The notes under the pieces are model-generated. The model ran no database searches and was not told the DNA's origin. It saw only the letters and a list, made by a program, of their open reading frames with translations. Both the position numbers and the translations under genes were made by a program. From a virus (lineage: Duplodnaviria > Caudoviricetes), in the IMG/VR virus record IMGVR_UViG_3300012943_000038, positions 1-54,600 of that record: a stretch of 54,600 nt of DNA; one strand, written 5' to 3'. Position 1 is the first letter of the stretch. Each line of letters begins with the position of its first letter. This document shows, in pieces, positions 1 through 8,471 of this stretch.

Positions 1-123
1 CTCGCGCAAACTGTCGCAGGTGTGCCTCGACCTGATCGCTCACAGCGACCGTGACGCCGACTGGCGGCCGGGCATCCCCGGCCGGATCGGAGTCCTCAAC
101 GACCGCGTGCAGGATGTCCTCAA
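1..123. repeat. Terminal direct repeat, copy 1 (circular assembly overlap)
   Basis: 1-123 is identical to 54478-54600 and lies inside a continuous ORF. Confidence 0.95.
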
Positions 124-220
124 CTGGCACGACGTCCACCCGGTGCAGCGTGGCCGGATGGCGGCCGCCCTGATCGAGGAGAAGGTCCGACAGGCCTACC
201 ACCAGATGCTTGCTCCATGA
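1..220 (+). CDS. Hypothetical protein, 3' part of the gene starting at 54368 that wraps the origin
   Basis: Frame continues across the overlap (…SRKLSQVCLDLIAH…) to TGA 218-220. Confidence 0.75.
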   Translation, partial: SRKLSQVCLDLIAHSDRDADWRPGIPGRIGVLNDRVQDVLNWHDVHPVQRGRMAAALIEEKVRQAYHQMLAP

Positions 221-396
221 CGTGCGATCGCTGCGGCCGCAAGTTCTACTCCAAGACCGATCTCACCTCATGCGTGGACTGCCGAGCCGTCACTGCGTCG
301 GCCGGTAGGTACAAGCCGGGTCAAGACTCGGATGACGTGTTGACCGACGGCTACTGGTACAACGACAACGGCATCATGCGCTGGCGCAACCGCTAG
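217..396 (+). CDS. Small zinc-finger protein (59 aa, CxxC…CxxC)
   Basis: ATGA overlap with the previous gene; MTCDRCGRKF…SCVDCRAV; absent from ORF track. Confidence 0.65.
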   Translation: MTCDRCGRKFYSKTDLTSCVDCRAVTASAGRYKPGQDSDDVLTDGYWYNDNGIMRWRNR

Positions 397-515
397 TCCT
401 CGCCGTCGACGTCGATCACGTCAGAGTCCGGAAAGGCTTGTCGAAGCCATTCCATCTCGCGTCGATGCTCCCATCGCTCGAACTGCTGCCAGATCCGCAG
501 AACGAGCGAAATCAT
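393..515 (-). CDS. Small hypothetical protein (40 aa)
   Basis: TGATG coupling; MISLVLRIWQQFERWEHRREMEWLRQAF. Confidence 0.5.
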   Translation of the reverse strand: MISLVLRIWQQFERWEHRREMEWLRQAFPDSDVIDVDGED

Positions 516-598
516 CAGCGTGACCAGATGACGAGGGCGACTCCGGCCAGCCAGACGAAGATCGTCATGGCCGCCATAACAACTCGACGCCCGGTCAC
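515..598 (-). CDS. Small membrane peptide (27 aa)
   Basis: GTGA overlap; hydrophobic VVMAAMTIFVWLAGVALVIW. Confidence 0.45.
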   Translation of the reverse strand: MTGRRVVMAAMTIFVWLAGVALVIWSR

Positions 599-828
599 GG
601 CTTCCTCAGGATGTTGTTCTTCGCCATGAACCCGGCATAGGACCCGAACGCCAGCCATCCGGCCGACAGAGCGAGCATCTCCTTGGGAACCGAGCCCAGA
701 ACTGACCAGCCAACGATGGTGGCCGAGATCAGGGCCGCGCCCCACGCCCACACGCCGTACACGAGATCTCGTGACCGCTTGGGTAGGGGCGGGGTCGGCA
801 GGCTGGGGACCGGGGAGAGGTCGCTCAT
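595..828 (-). CDS. Holin-like membrane protein (2 TM)
   Basis: Two hydrophobic segments, basic C-terminus, downstream of endolysin. Confidence 0.6.
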   Translation of the reverse strand: MSDLSPVPSLPTPPLPKRSRDLVYGVWAWGAALISATIVGWSVLGSVPKEMLALSAGWLAFGSYAGFMAKNNILRKP

Positions 829-1580
829 GCGGCATCTCGCAGCCACTCAGGCATGACGTCGGTGAACAGGGGCGACTTGAGGCCCTCGCTGCCAAACGAG
901 AACACCTCTCCGTCGCGACGGACCGCGATCGACTCAGGCTGATCGACTGCTTCCACAGTGATCCGGTCAACCAGCCTGCGGGTCTCCCACTCGACGACGG
1001 CCACGTTGGTTCGTACGCCCTTCTCGCGGAACAGCGCGTGCTTGCCGTCCGGCGTGAACGAGCCGTCGCTGACGAGACTGAGATCGAGGACCCCTGCTGG
1101 AACGAGATGGTTGATTGACTTCTTGGTCAGATCATCGGGGAAGTCAAAGATCAAGGCCTCCCCCTCGCTCTTCGTCAGGACTGATTTCGCCCCAGTGATC
1201 GGGTGCACGAGAAGGGTCTCGGAGTCGAAGCGGTGTCCGGCCGGGTAGGCCAGATCATATTTCGTCGCCTTGATGGCAGCCGTCGACTTGAAAGCAGGCT
1301 CAGGAAATACATACGCCTGCAACACGCTTCGATCGAGATCATTGTTACCGCCGTCCCAGAGAGTGAAGTTCGCTCCGGTCGACAGATCGAGAGCCTCTGG
1401 GTCTTTCAACTTGACCCCCTTGAGGCTGAACTTCCAAAGCCCCTTCCCGGTCACCGGGTCAAGTGCATAGATGGGGCCGTTTTCATCATTCAGGGTATAG
1501 ACCACAGAGCGGTTTCGGACTCCGTAGACGAGAGTCGATGACTCATTGATGTCCTTGTGGGTGATCGTCGCCTTGGTCAT
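825..1580 (-). CDS. Beta-propeller protein (phytase-like/SdiA-regulated-like), paralogue of the tail-protein middle domain
   Basis: ESS…ND, DPEAL, DGGNND, HPITG…LTK, VSDGSFTPDG, QPESIAV motifs; ATGA overlap with endolysin. Confidence 0.65.
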   Translation of the reverse strand: MTKATITHKDINESSTLVYGVRNRSVVYTLNDENGPIYALDPVTGKGLWKFSLKGVKLKDPEALDLSTGANFTLWDGGNNDLDRSVLQAYVFPEPAFKSTAAIKATKYDLAYPAGHRFDSETLLVHPITGAKSVLTKSEGEALIFDFPDDLTKKSINHLVPAGVLDLSLVSDGSFTPDGKHALFREKGVRTNVAVVEWETRRLVDRITVEAVDQPESIAVRRDGEVFSFGSEGLKSPLFTDVMPEWLRDAA

Positions 1581-2284
1581 GCGTAGTCCACCGAGGTCAG
1601 TGGCTTCGTGAACAGCCGCGTCATCGTCGGCACCTTCTCCCATTTGTTCGAGTAGCCCCAACCACCGTTCTTGGTGACAAACCATCGCTTGCCATCAACG
1701 TTGACTTCCATGATCGCATCGACTTGGAAGCCCTTCTCGATCTCGCGCAGTCGCTTGCGATCGTATGACGGGCCGTCATAGGTGTGAGTGGCTTGCTTGG
1801 CTCGGAGCCTCCCGGTGCGGCCGTTGTAGACCGCCAGCGACCACAATCCTGATCGCAGGTGAGCATCCCGATCGAGGCCTCTGACGGTGAGGCCGTTGTG
1901 CCCAGACTGAACAGCCGCCGATTGCCCCCGAGCAGATGCCGCGACACACCCCATGCCCCGAGTGACGTTGTGACAGTGCTCCGGCCAATCCCCCTCGAAG
2001 GGCAGACGATGGAACACGTCGATGCCGAGAAGATCGAGAACAATGAGTCGATTGCCCCAGTTGTATGCGGTCATGTCGACGACCCCGCAGCCGGTGTGCG
2101 TGGTCCCCGAGTAGGAGGTGTAGGGGCGGTACGAGCCTTGCAGCCCAGTCATAGCCTCGTTCTCACCGCCGTACTTGGGCAGGCGCAGGAGCAAGTTCGC
2201 CACATTCATAGCCTGCACAGTCAGGGCATCCGAGTAGATCGTTCCTCCGGATGACCTGTACTTGGCCCTGCTCGATGCGCTCAT
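1577..2284 (-). CDS. Endolysin, M15-type Zn peptidase with probable C-terminal SH3-like domain
   Basis: QGSY…SGTTHTGCGVVD…WPEHCH metal-binding pattern; C-terminal VDGKRWFVT…GWGYS. Confidence 0.8.
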   Translation of the reverse strand: MSASSRAKYRSSGGTIYSDALTVQAMNVANLLLRLPKYGGENEAMTGLQGSYRPYTSYSGTTHTGCGVVDMTAYNWGNRLIVLDLLGIDVFHRLPFEGDWPEHCHNVTRGMGCVAASARGQSAAVQSGHNGLTVRGLDRDAHLRSGLWSLAVYNGRTGRLRAKQATHTYDGPSYDRKRLREIEKGFQVDAIMEVNVDGKRWFVTKNGGWGYSNKWEKVPTMTRLFTKPLTSVDYA

Positions 2285-2760
2285 GTCGACTCCCCTACTC
2301 CGAGATATTCCTCGATGCGCTCAAATCGTTCGTCACCCTTGGTCAGTCGTGTCATTATCGCTTCGACCTTGACCGTGAGTTCCTCCACTTTGCCCTCGGT
2401 GCGATTGATCGCATCCTTGGCAGACCCCCCATGATTCGGGGTCACCTCTGCCTTGATGTCCTCTACTGAGGATCTCATGCAAGCCAGACCATCCTCAATC
2501 GTCGCCATGCGCTCAAGGACGCCGGGGATGGCCGGGGCTAGAACCACTGAGGGGTTTTCCGGCAGGTGAACCGCCTCACGCCCATTGAGGACTATCAGGG
2601 CCGTTTCCAGCCTCTCCACTGCCGGGTGGACAGCCCCCTTCCACGCTCCCCGAATCTTGCGAACAATGACGATGATCGCGGTAATCACCCCAGAGATGGT
2701 GACGGCAGCCGCAACGACTTCTCCGAGGGTCATGTCGGAGACACTGTTCAGACTCATCAC
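2281..2760 (-). CDS. Membrane protein, N-terminal TM plus coiled coil (lysis-associated)
   Basis: TM VVAAAVTISGVITAIIVIV; TPNHGGSAKD motif typical of actinophage pre-lysin proteins. Confidence 0.65.
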   Translation of the reverse strand: MMSLNSVSDMTLGEVVAAAVTISGVITAIIVIVRKIRGAWKGAVHPAVERLETALIVLNGREAVHLPENPSVVLAPAIPGVLERMATIEDGLACMRSSVEDIKAEVTPNHGGSAKDAINRTEGKVEELTVKVEAIMTRLTKGDERFERIEEYLGVGEST

Positions 2761-3609
2761 TCACCACCCGTAAGCGATGTATTCGATCCGGACATTCCCG
2801 TTGGCGATCGGGTCGCCGTCCGGCTCCTTGCCGTAGACGGTGAAGCCATTGACTGTGCAGCCAGTGATGATGTAGCCCATCAGGTTCGTCGGCTGGTTCG
2901 ATCCGGCCGTCACGACGACCGTGACGACGCCATTGGGAAATGGGTCAGGGAAGGTGACAGTGCCGGACCCGCTGACGGTCGAGATGACCTGTGAGCCCTG
3001 CTTGGTGAGTTTCGCTGCCCCGGCGGGTGGGTTCGCGCCTCCGGCCTTGGCCGGTTCGTTGCCGACGTAGACGTCATCGTTTCCGCTGCCCGACCCGACA
3101 CACACACCGTACTGCGTACGCTCGTCGGTGATGTCCTCGTCGGTGGCCCCGAACTCTGCTGGGGAGCCCGTGATCGACGTCGACTCGCCAGCCGGAACGA
3201 CGATCGTGGCGAGCAAGTAGTAGGAGCAGGCGTCCACTGGCGGAACGGTCGCACCCTGAACCACGACCAACTCGAACTCTGAGGTGTCTGTGGTGAACTC
3301 GGTGTCGCACACCTTGGCCCAGATGGTGTCAGTGCGCGGAGCGCCGCCGGGGTTGTTGGCGATGGCCAGCACCTTCGGGGCGGTGTTGTAGATGTGGTAC
3401 ATGCCGCCGTTCTCGGTGTCGTTGTCACAGAGGACGAACGCACCTCCCTCGGAGACCACCACGCTCATTCCGGCCGGGGAGTTCTCGGTGACCGAGAGGG
3501 ACGTAAAGTCCCGCACACCCTCCTCGCACACGAGACTGGACATCAAGACTCGGAAGTCCTGAGGCGTGAAACAGAGATCCTGCACAAAGGCTGGATTCAA
3601 CTCGACCAT
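2761..3609 (-). CDS. Minor tail protein
   Basis: PRTDTIWA…LLATIVVPAG…ITDER and C-terminal VTFPDPFPNG…EYIAYGW pattern; tail module position. Confidence 0.75.
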   Translation of the reverse strand: MVELNPAFVQDLCFTPQDFRVLMSSLVCEEGVRDFTSLSVTENSPAGMSVVVSEGGAFVLCDNDTENGGMYHIYNTAPKVLAIANNPGGAPRTDTIWAKVCDTEFTTDTSEFELVVVQGATVPPVDACSYYLLATIVVPAGESTSITGSPAEFGATDEDITDERTQYGVCVGSGSGNDDVYVGNEPAKAGGANPPAGAAKLTKQGSQVISTVSGSGTVTFPDPFPNGVVTVVVTAGSNQPTNLMGYIITGCTVNGFTVYGKEPDGDPIANGNVRIEYIAYGW

Positions 3610-3612
3610 GAC

Positions 3613-3756
3613 CTACCCCGCATCCTCGTTCTGCGACAGAGCCTTCTCCAACACGCGCACTCGTCTTTCAAGATCCCGGATGGTCTCGATGATCGAGATC
3701 GGGAACGGGGCGTTGGACTTCTCCGATGAGAGGACCGGAATTGGTGTCGTTGCCAT
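3613..3756 (-). CDS. Small tail-associated coiled-coil protein (47 aa)
   Basis: GGAGGAG RBS; IRDLERRVRVLEKA motif. Confidence 0.65.
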   Translation of the reverse strand: MATTPIPVLSSEKSNAPFPISIIETIRDLERRVRVLEKALSQNEDAG

Positions 3757-3769
3757 GTCCCGCTCCTCC

Positions 3770-6421
3770 TTACGCCGTATGGTTCAAGATCAGGGACGCC
3801 ATCGAGACCTGCCCGTAGGCGGAACCGATGTCATAGTCCGTGTTGGACTGGGTGTAGACCCCGGCCTTGAAGTACCATCCCGACGAGACGACGGTATCAC
3901 TGACGTGATGCTCCACACCGTTGTAAACGACGTCGATGCCCTCCGGGTTGGCGATGATCGCCACCGTGAACTCGGTGCCCAAAACGTACGCCGGGTCGAG
4001 GGTCGCGAGGTTGTCACCATCGTGCTCGACGAACAGATGATTCCCTTCCAACCGAATCATCACGATGTCGTCCTCTTCATCGTGGATTTGGCCAGCGACC
4101 ACATGCTCCTTCTCAGTGAGCGTGTAGTTGATCGACTGAGTGAGGATCAGTGAATGGGTGCCTGAGGCGTTGCCCCAGTCGGCTTCCTCGGTCCCGTTGT
4201 TCTTCATCTCGCGCAGTTCGGAGCGCGGGTAGGACGAGTTCGGGGTGTGATAGCCGTCTGCCCGAGCCTTGAAGATGACGCGGCCGCCGGAGACGTAGAA
4301 GTAGTTCGGGTTCGAGAAGGTCGCCAACTCAGGCTGGTAGACCTCCTTGATCGAGGATCCGGACCCCTTGACCGGGGTCTGCAACTTCCAGTTCTTCGAT
4401 AGGTTGAGCACCTCGGCTGGAATGGTGCCACCGCCTCCTCCGCCACCGCCCCCGGCCTTGCGCCATTGAGTCGGGATAAGGACACGGTAGACCGGAGTCT
4501 GATCGAGATCGGAGTGCTTGATCTCGGTCGAGACGAGGAACGACTTGCCCGCTGCCTCGACGACGATCGCCTCGCACTTGAACATCTCGGGCGTCGGGAT
4601 CGAGCCGACCTGCGTCCAGTTGGTCGTCTCGAAAACCAAGGTCTCCTGCTTGTCGACGACCCGAACGAACGCAAACGACCCGTCCTTGTTGAAGTCGAAA
4701 TCCGACACATACTTGAGAGCCGCATTCGAGGCAACCTGCGTTCCGGCGTTGGGAGTCGACGTCGACATCGAGGCCAACGTGCCGAAGGCAACGACCTTGC
4801 CAACGCTCTCCTTGGTCATCAGGTACAGGACGCCCGTGATCGGATGGAACGCTGCACCTTCGGCGTTCCGGTTCGAGAACGGGTAGTCCAACTCGTATCG
4901 AGTTGACGTGAGGACGCCATGCGAGCCCGGCCCCGGATTCGGGGTGCGGATCATCTTCGGGATGACCCCGCTGTCGTCATCGTTGTTGCCAATGTCGAAC
5001 GTGCAGATGTCACCCGAAACGGGGTCAGTGGCCATCGACTCCGGATCGTTCAAGGACGACCCCGAGATTCCGTAGTCGCCGACCAGATCGCCGGATGTGT
5101 CCGAGCCAACGTCAGCCGAGTCGACGGCGTAGACCTGTGGGTTGGCCGCCTCATCTCCGGTGAACCAGAGCAAGGTGCCGTTCTTGACGAGCGTCATACC
5201 GGACAGTTCGGTGGTGCCACCCGTGATGTTGAATAGAAGGCCGGGGATCGGATCGGTTCCCGGATCCGGGCCGGGGTCTGGGGAGACGACATCGGAGACC
5301 GGCAGACCCATAATCGACTGCGCTGGGCGCTCCATTGGGAGGAGCGTCAGGTCACGCCGAACACCGCTGTCGTCGAGCGTCCAGTTGATCGAGAGGATCT
5401 TCGACTTCGCCTTGAAGATGAAGTTGCCGCTCTCAATGTCGATCGGATGGATGTTGCCCGGCTGCAATTCGTCAGGGTCGATCGTCAGGCCGGGAATCGT
5501 CATCGCCGGAGTGGCAATCGGGTCGCGGTGGTCGACGAGATATCCGCGAGCGTACGAGTCCAACGTCTGCTTCTGGTTCACGTCGCGCCAAGCCACCGAG
5601 GCGTCGAACTTGGGGTAGAAGTTAGAGGCGTCGTAGGCGATCGACCGCACGGTGGTGACTTGGCTCAAGGCCCCAGTGACGTCAGCGCCAGTCGCGTATA
5701 CCCACGTCGCATGATCCTTGGCGTCGACTCCCAACGAGTAGTCAGAACCGTCTCGACCGCCCTTGAGAGTCCTCGTGGACTCCACGTCCATAGCGTCCGA
5801 GAAGGTGATCGTCGAGAACCATCGACCGTCCTCGAAGTAGTGCGAGAGCCTGTATTGGAGGCCGTCGATCGCTTCACTCAACTCCCGGATGATATCGCCG
5901 ATGTTCTTCTGGTCGCGGTTCAGGTAGTTGATGTCGCGCAGCACCGAGGATGGCTCGTAGGACGGAGCCAATTTGATGCCGAGCGGCACGGTGAAGTTGA
6001 CAAGGTCGAAGGCGATCTCTGTCTGTGGACGCCCGGTGGCGGTGTAGGCCACGCCGCCCCGAGTGTCAACCAGATTACGCTCCCAAAGGTACGACTCGAT
6101 CGAGTCCATACCGATGTTGAGCGTCGGCGAGCCGAGCCCGTCGAACTTCTTCACGATGCCCGCGTACATGCACCGTTTCCCGTCCGAGACAGCAGGATCG
6201 CCGTCGAGCAGGCTGATGTAGATAGCGGTCGCGTCGGGCCAGATGTCGAATGGCGTGAGATCGCCACTTGCGAGAACCATCTGGGCCGGGCCGACCTTGG
6301 ACAGCGGCGTCTCGAAAGAGCAGCCGACCGGGTGCATCACCTTCTTGACCCGACCAGTGGTGAGTTCGACCGCCTCGAAGCGCCAGATGTTGCCGCAGCG
6401 GCAGTTGGAAGTGTGTGCCAT
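3770..6421 (-). CDS. Minor tail (hub-like) protein fused to a beta-propeller and a PL7 polysaccharide (alginate) lyase domain
   Basis: N-terminal siphovirus tail-protein region, Pro/Asp linker, propeller, poly-Gly linker, then NWKLQTP, PRSELRE, QIH, YFKAGVYTQ. Confidence 0.85.
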   Translation of the reverse strand: MAHTSNCRCGNIWRFEAVELTTGRVKKVMHPVGCSFETPLSKVGPAQMVLASGDLTPFDIWPDATAIYISLLDGDPAVSDGKRCMYAGIVKKFDGLGSPTLNIGMDSIESYLWERNLVDTRGGVAYTATGRPQTEIAFDLVNFTVPLGIKLAPSYEPSSVLRDINYLNRDQKNIGDIIRELSEAIDGLQYRLSHYFEDGRWFSTITFSDAMDVESTRTLKGGRDGSDYSLGVDAKDHATWVYATGADVTGALSQVTTVRSIAYDASNFYPKFDASVAWRDVNQKQTLDSYARGYLVDHRDPIATPAMTIPGLTIDPDELQPGNIHPIDIESGNFIFKAKSKILSINWTLDDSGVRRDLTLLPMERPAQSIMGLPVSDVVSPDPGPDPGTDPIPGLLFNITGGTTELSGMTLVKNGTLLWFTGDEAANPQVYAVDSADVGSDTSGDLVGDYGISGSSLNDPESMATDPVSGDICTFDIGNNDDDSGVIPKMIRTPNPGPGSHGVLTSTRYELDYPFSNRNAEGAAFHPITGVLYLMTKESVGKVVAFGTLASMSTSTPNAGTQVASNAALKYVSDFDFNKDGSFAFVRVVDKQETLVFETTNWTQVGSIPTPEMFKCEAIVVEAAGKSFLVSTEIKHSDLDQTPVYRVLIPTQWRKAGGGGGGGGGTIPAEVLNLSKNWKLQTPVKGSGSSIKEVYQPELATFSNPNYFYVSGGRVIFKARADGYHTPNSSYPRSELREMKNNGTEEADWGNASGTHSLILTQSINYTLTEKEHVVAGQIHDEEDDIVMIRLEGNHLFVEHDGDNLATLDPAYVLGTEFTVAIIANPEGIDVVYNGVEHHVSDTVVSSGWYFKAGVYTQSNTDYDIGSAYGQVSMASLILNHTA

Positions 6422-7509
6422 CAGGCCGTCAGAACGACTGGCCGGGAGCAAACCTCCGCATGGCCCTCGTCCTCTCCGTTCTGAGTAAGCAGTCGCAACT
6501 GATGATCGCCGGGCAGCAGATTGAAGGACCCCGTGCCGCCGATCCGGAAGGTGACGTCGGTGGTGCCCTGTTCGGCTGTCATGTCACGAGTGTCGATGAC
6601 GACTGAGTATCCGTCGGGGATGATGCCGCTGTAGGTGATGAACTGCTCGGTGACAAGATCCTCCAACTTCGGATTCGTCAGCGGCCCATAGAGCGTGATC
6701 GTCAGGTCAGCGCACTGGGTTCCGCCGACGTTCAGGTCAGTCGGAGCCACTGGGTTCGAGCCGGGTGACACGTTGTCGAAGCACATCCCGACCGGCTCTT
6801 CGTCCTCGTTGACGAAGCAGACGGGGAAGTCGGTGCAGAAGGAGTCGTTGCCCGGAAAGATCTCCACGCAGTCTGATGCTCCGGGGGTGCCGCACTGGTC
6901 GAGGACGAAGATGCGCTCGTCCACACAATCGAACCGCAGCGTCATCACGCAGCAGCCGGACGGCAGCCACGTCTTTGCGGCCACCCGTGGCCGCCCAATG
7001 AAACCGAAGGGGCCGTCGATGGCTCGCTCCGGCGAATTCATCGAGTCAATGCCGCCGAAGTACGTCTCTCCGAACGGTCCCTCACCGAAGCCCTGATTCA
7101 ATTCCGGGTCGATCTCGTTGTCGGACTGATGGCAGGGAGTGAACAGCACCAACTCGACGTCGTTGCATTGGAGTTGCCAAGCATTGATGATGTCGGAGGC
7201 GTGCTGACGAGCCGACTTGCCCGTGGCCGGAGTGCAGTCCGGGCAGTCATCGGGACAAACCGAAACGTTCTCGAACGTCAGGATGCGAGGCAAGTAGTTG
7301 TCGTTGTAGTGGCGTACCCCGTCGCGCTCGAAGAACGTGGTGTCCTGCGTGCGCTGCTCCGGCAACCCGAGGCCGTCCGGAGCCGTTTCGAGGAGGCCAG
7401 CGATCTCCGGAACGTCGCACCCAGCGGCTTCGAGGTCGTCGAGGACAGCATCATCCCCCGACGCACCCGAGAGGTACACGCCGTTGAGGAGGACGCCCCA
7501 GTTACCCAT
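6421..7509 (-). CDS. Distal tail protein (Dit-like minor tail)
   Basis: Position after TMP; RDG…YLPRILT, ITLYGPLTNP, VIDT, FNLLPG motifs. Confidence 0.75.
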   Translation of the reverse strand: MGNWGVLLNGVYLSGASGDDAVLDDLEAAGCDVPEIAGLLETAPDGLGLPEQRTQDTTFFERDGVRHYNDNYLPRILTFENVSVCPDDCPDCTPATGKSARQHASDIINAWQLQCNDVELVLFTPCHQSDNEIDPELNQGFGEGPFGETYFGGIDSMNSPERAIDGPFGFIGRPRVAAKTWLPSGCCVMTLRFDCVDERIFVLDQCGTPGASDCVEIFPGNDSFCTDFPVCFVNEDEEPVGMCFDNVSPGSNPVAPTDLNVGGTQCADLTITLYGPLTNPKLEDLVTEQFITYSGIIPDGYSVVIDTRDMTAEQGTTDVTFRIGGTGSFNLLPGDHQLRLLTQNGEDEGHAEVCSRPVVLTA

Positions 7510-7514
7510 CCTTC

Positions 7515-8441
7515 TTATCCGAACAGGGTCATGATGACGACACCGGAACCACCGTTGCCGCCCGCCCGGTTGGTGTTGGTCGTGTTCGCTCCGCTTCCTC
7601 CCGCGCCCGTGTTGGCTTGTGCGGATTCGCCCGCAGCGTCTTGCGTTGAACTGAGGGGCGACCCGCCGGGACCGATGCGGCTACTGCCGCCCTTCCCGGA
7701 ACCGGAGATGGTGCCAGAGAGACGGATACCGTTCCCGCCGCTTTCCCCACCAACGGTGACGTCACCGGCAGCACCGGAAGTTGACCCTCCCGACGCCCCC
7801 GTGGGGCCCAAGGCTACCGATGAGGAGTTGGACGCCGCTGCGCCACCGCCGCCGCCCTTGGCGATGACGATGGTCCCGAAAGAGGTCTGCGCCCCGCTCC
7901 CGCCTGTCCCGTTGGAGACCCCGGTGCCGCCCGCCCCGATGTCCACCGTCTCGTCCGTCGCCAGAGCCGACAACGCAACGGTGGCGCGGGAGTATCCTCC
8001 GGACCCCCCACCGGCCCCCATCGACGCCTGACCACCGGAGGCGCAACCGCCACCAGCCCCGCCGCCGCCGACCGCTTCGATGATCGCGTACTTGTACCCG
8101 GCGCTGACGTCTGCGGCCTTGGAGTAGGTCGTGTCCGATGTGAAGATGGTCTGCTTGACGATGACCCCGACACCAGCCGCAGCCGAGATGGCAGCGGTGA
8201 CGAAAGCCGTGGTTGCGATAGACGTGTCGTCGTCGCCCGGCGAGGGGGTCGGCGCGGTCGGGTTCCCTGTGAATACAGGAGAGTCGGTGTCGGCCTTGTC
8301 CAACACGTCGCCTTGGAGTGTGGCAACGTCACCTTCCACGGCGTTGATCGCTGCCGAGTTCGCGCCATCGGCGTCGTCAATGTAGGCCTTGAGTTCGTCG
8401 TCCCACGGGATAGATCCGTGTACGGGCCAATCAGCCATCAT
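7515..8441 (-). CDS. Glycine-rich fibre-like virion protein
   Basis: DSPVFTGNPTAPTP…SIATTAFV fibre repeat; VGGGGAGGG…GGNGGSGVVI Gly-rich domain. Confidence 0.7.
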   Translation of the reverse strand: MMADWPVHGSIPWDDELKAYIDDADGANSAAINAVEGDVATLQGDVLDKADTDSPVFTGNPTAPTPSPGDDDTSIATTAFVTAAISAAAGVGVIVKQTIFTSDTTYSKAADVSAGYKYAIIEAVGGGGAGGGCASGGQASMGAGGGSGGYSRATVALSALATDETVDIGAGGTGVSNGTGGSGAQTSFGTIVIAKGGGGGAAASNSSSVALGPTGASGGSTSGAAGDVTVGGESGGNGIRLSGTISGSGKGGSSRIGPGGSPLSSTQDAAGESAQANTGAGGSGANTTNTNRAGGNGGSGVVIMTLFG

Positions 8442-8471
8442 GCGCTCCTGTTCGTCATGCTCATCTTCGCA

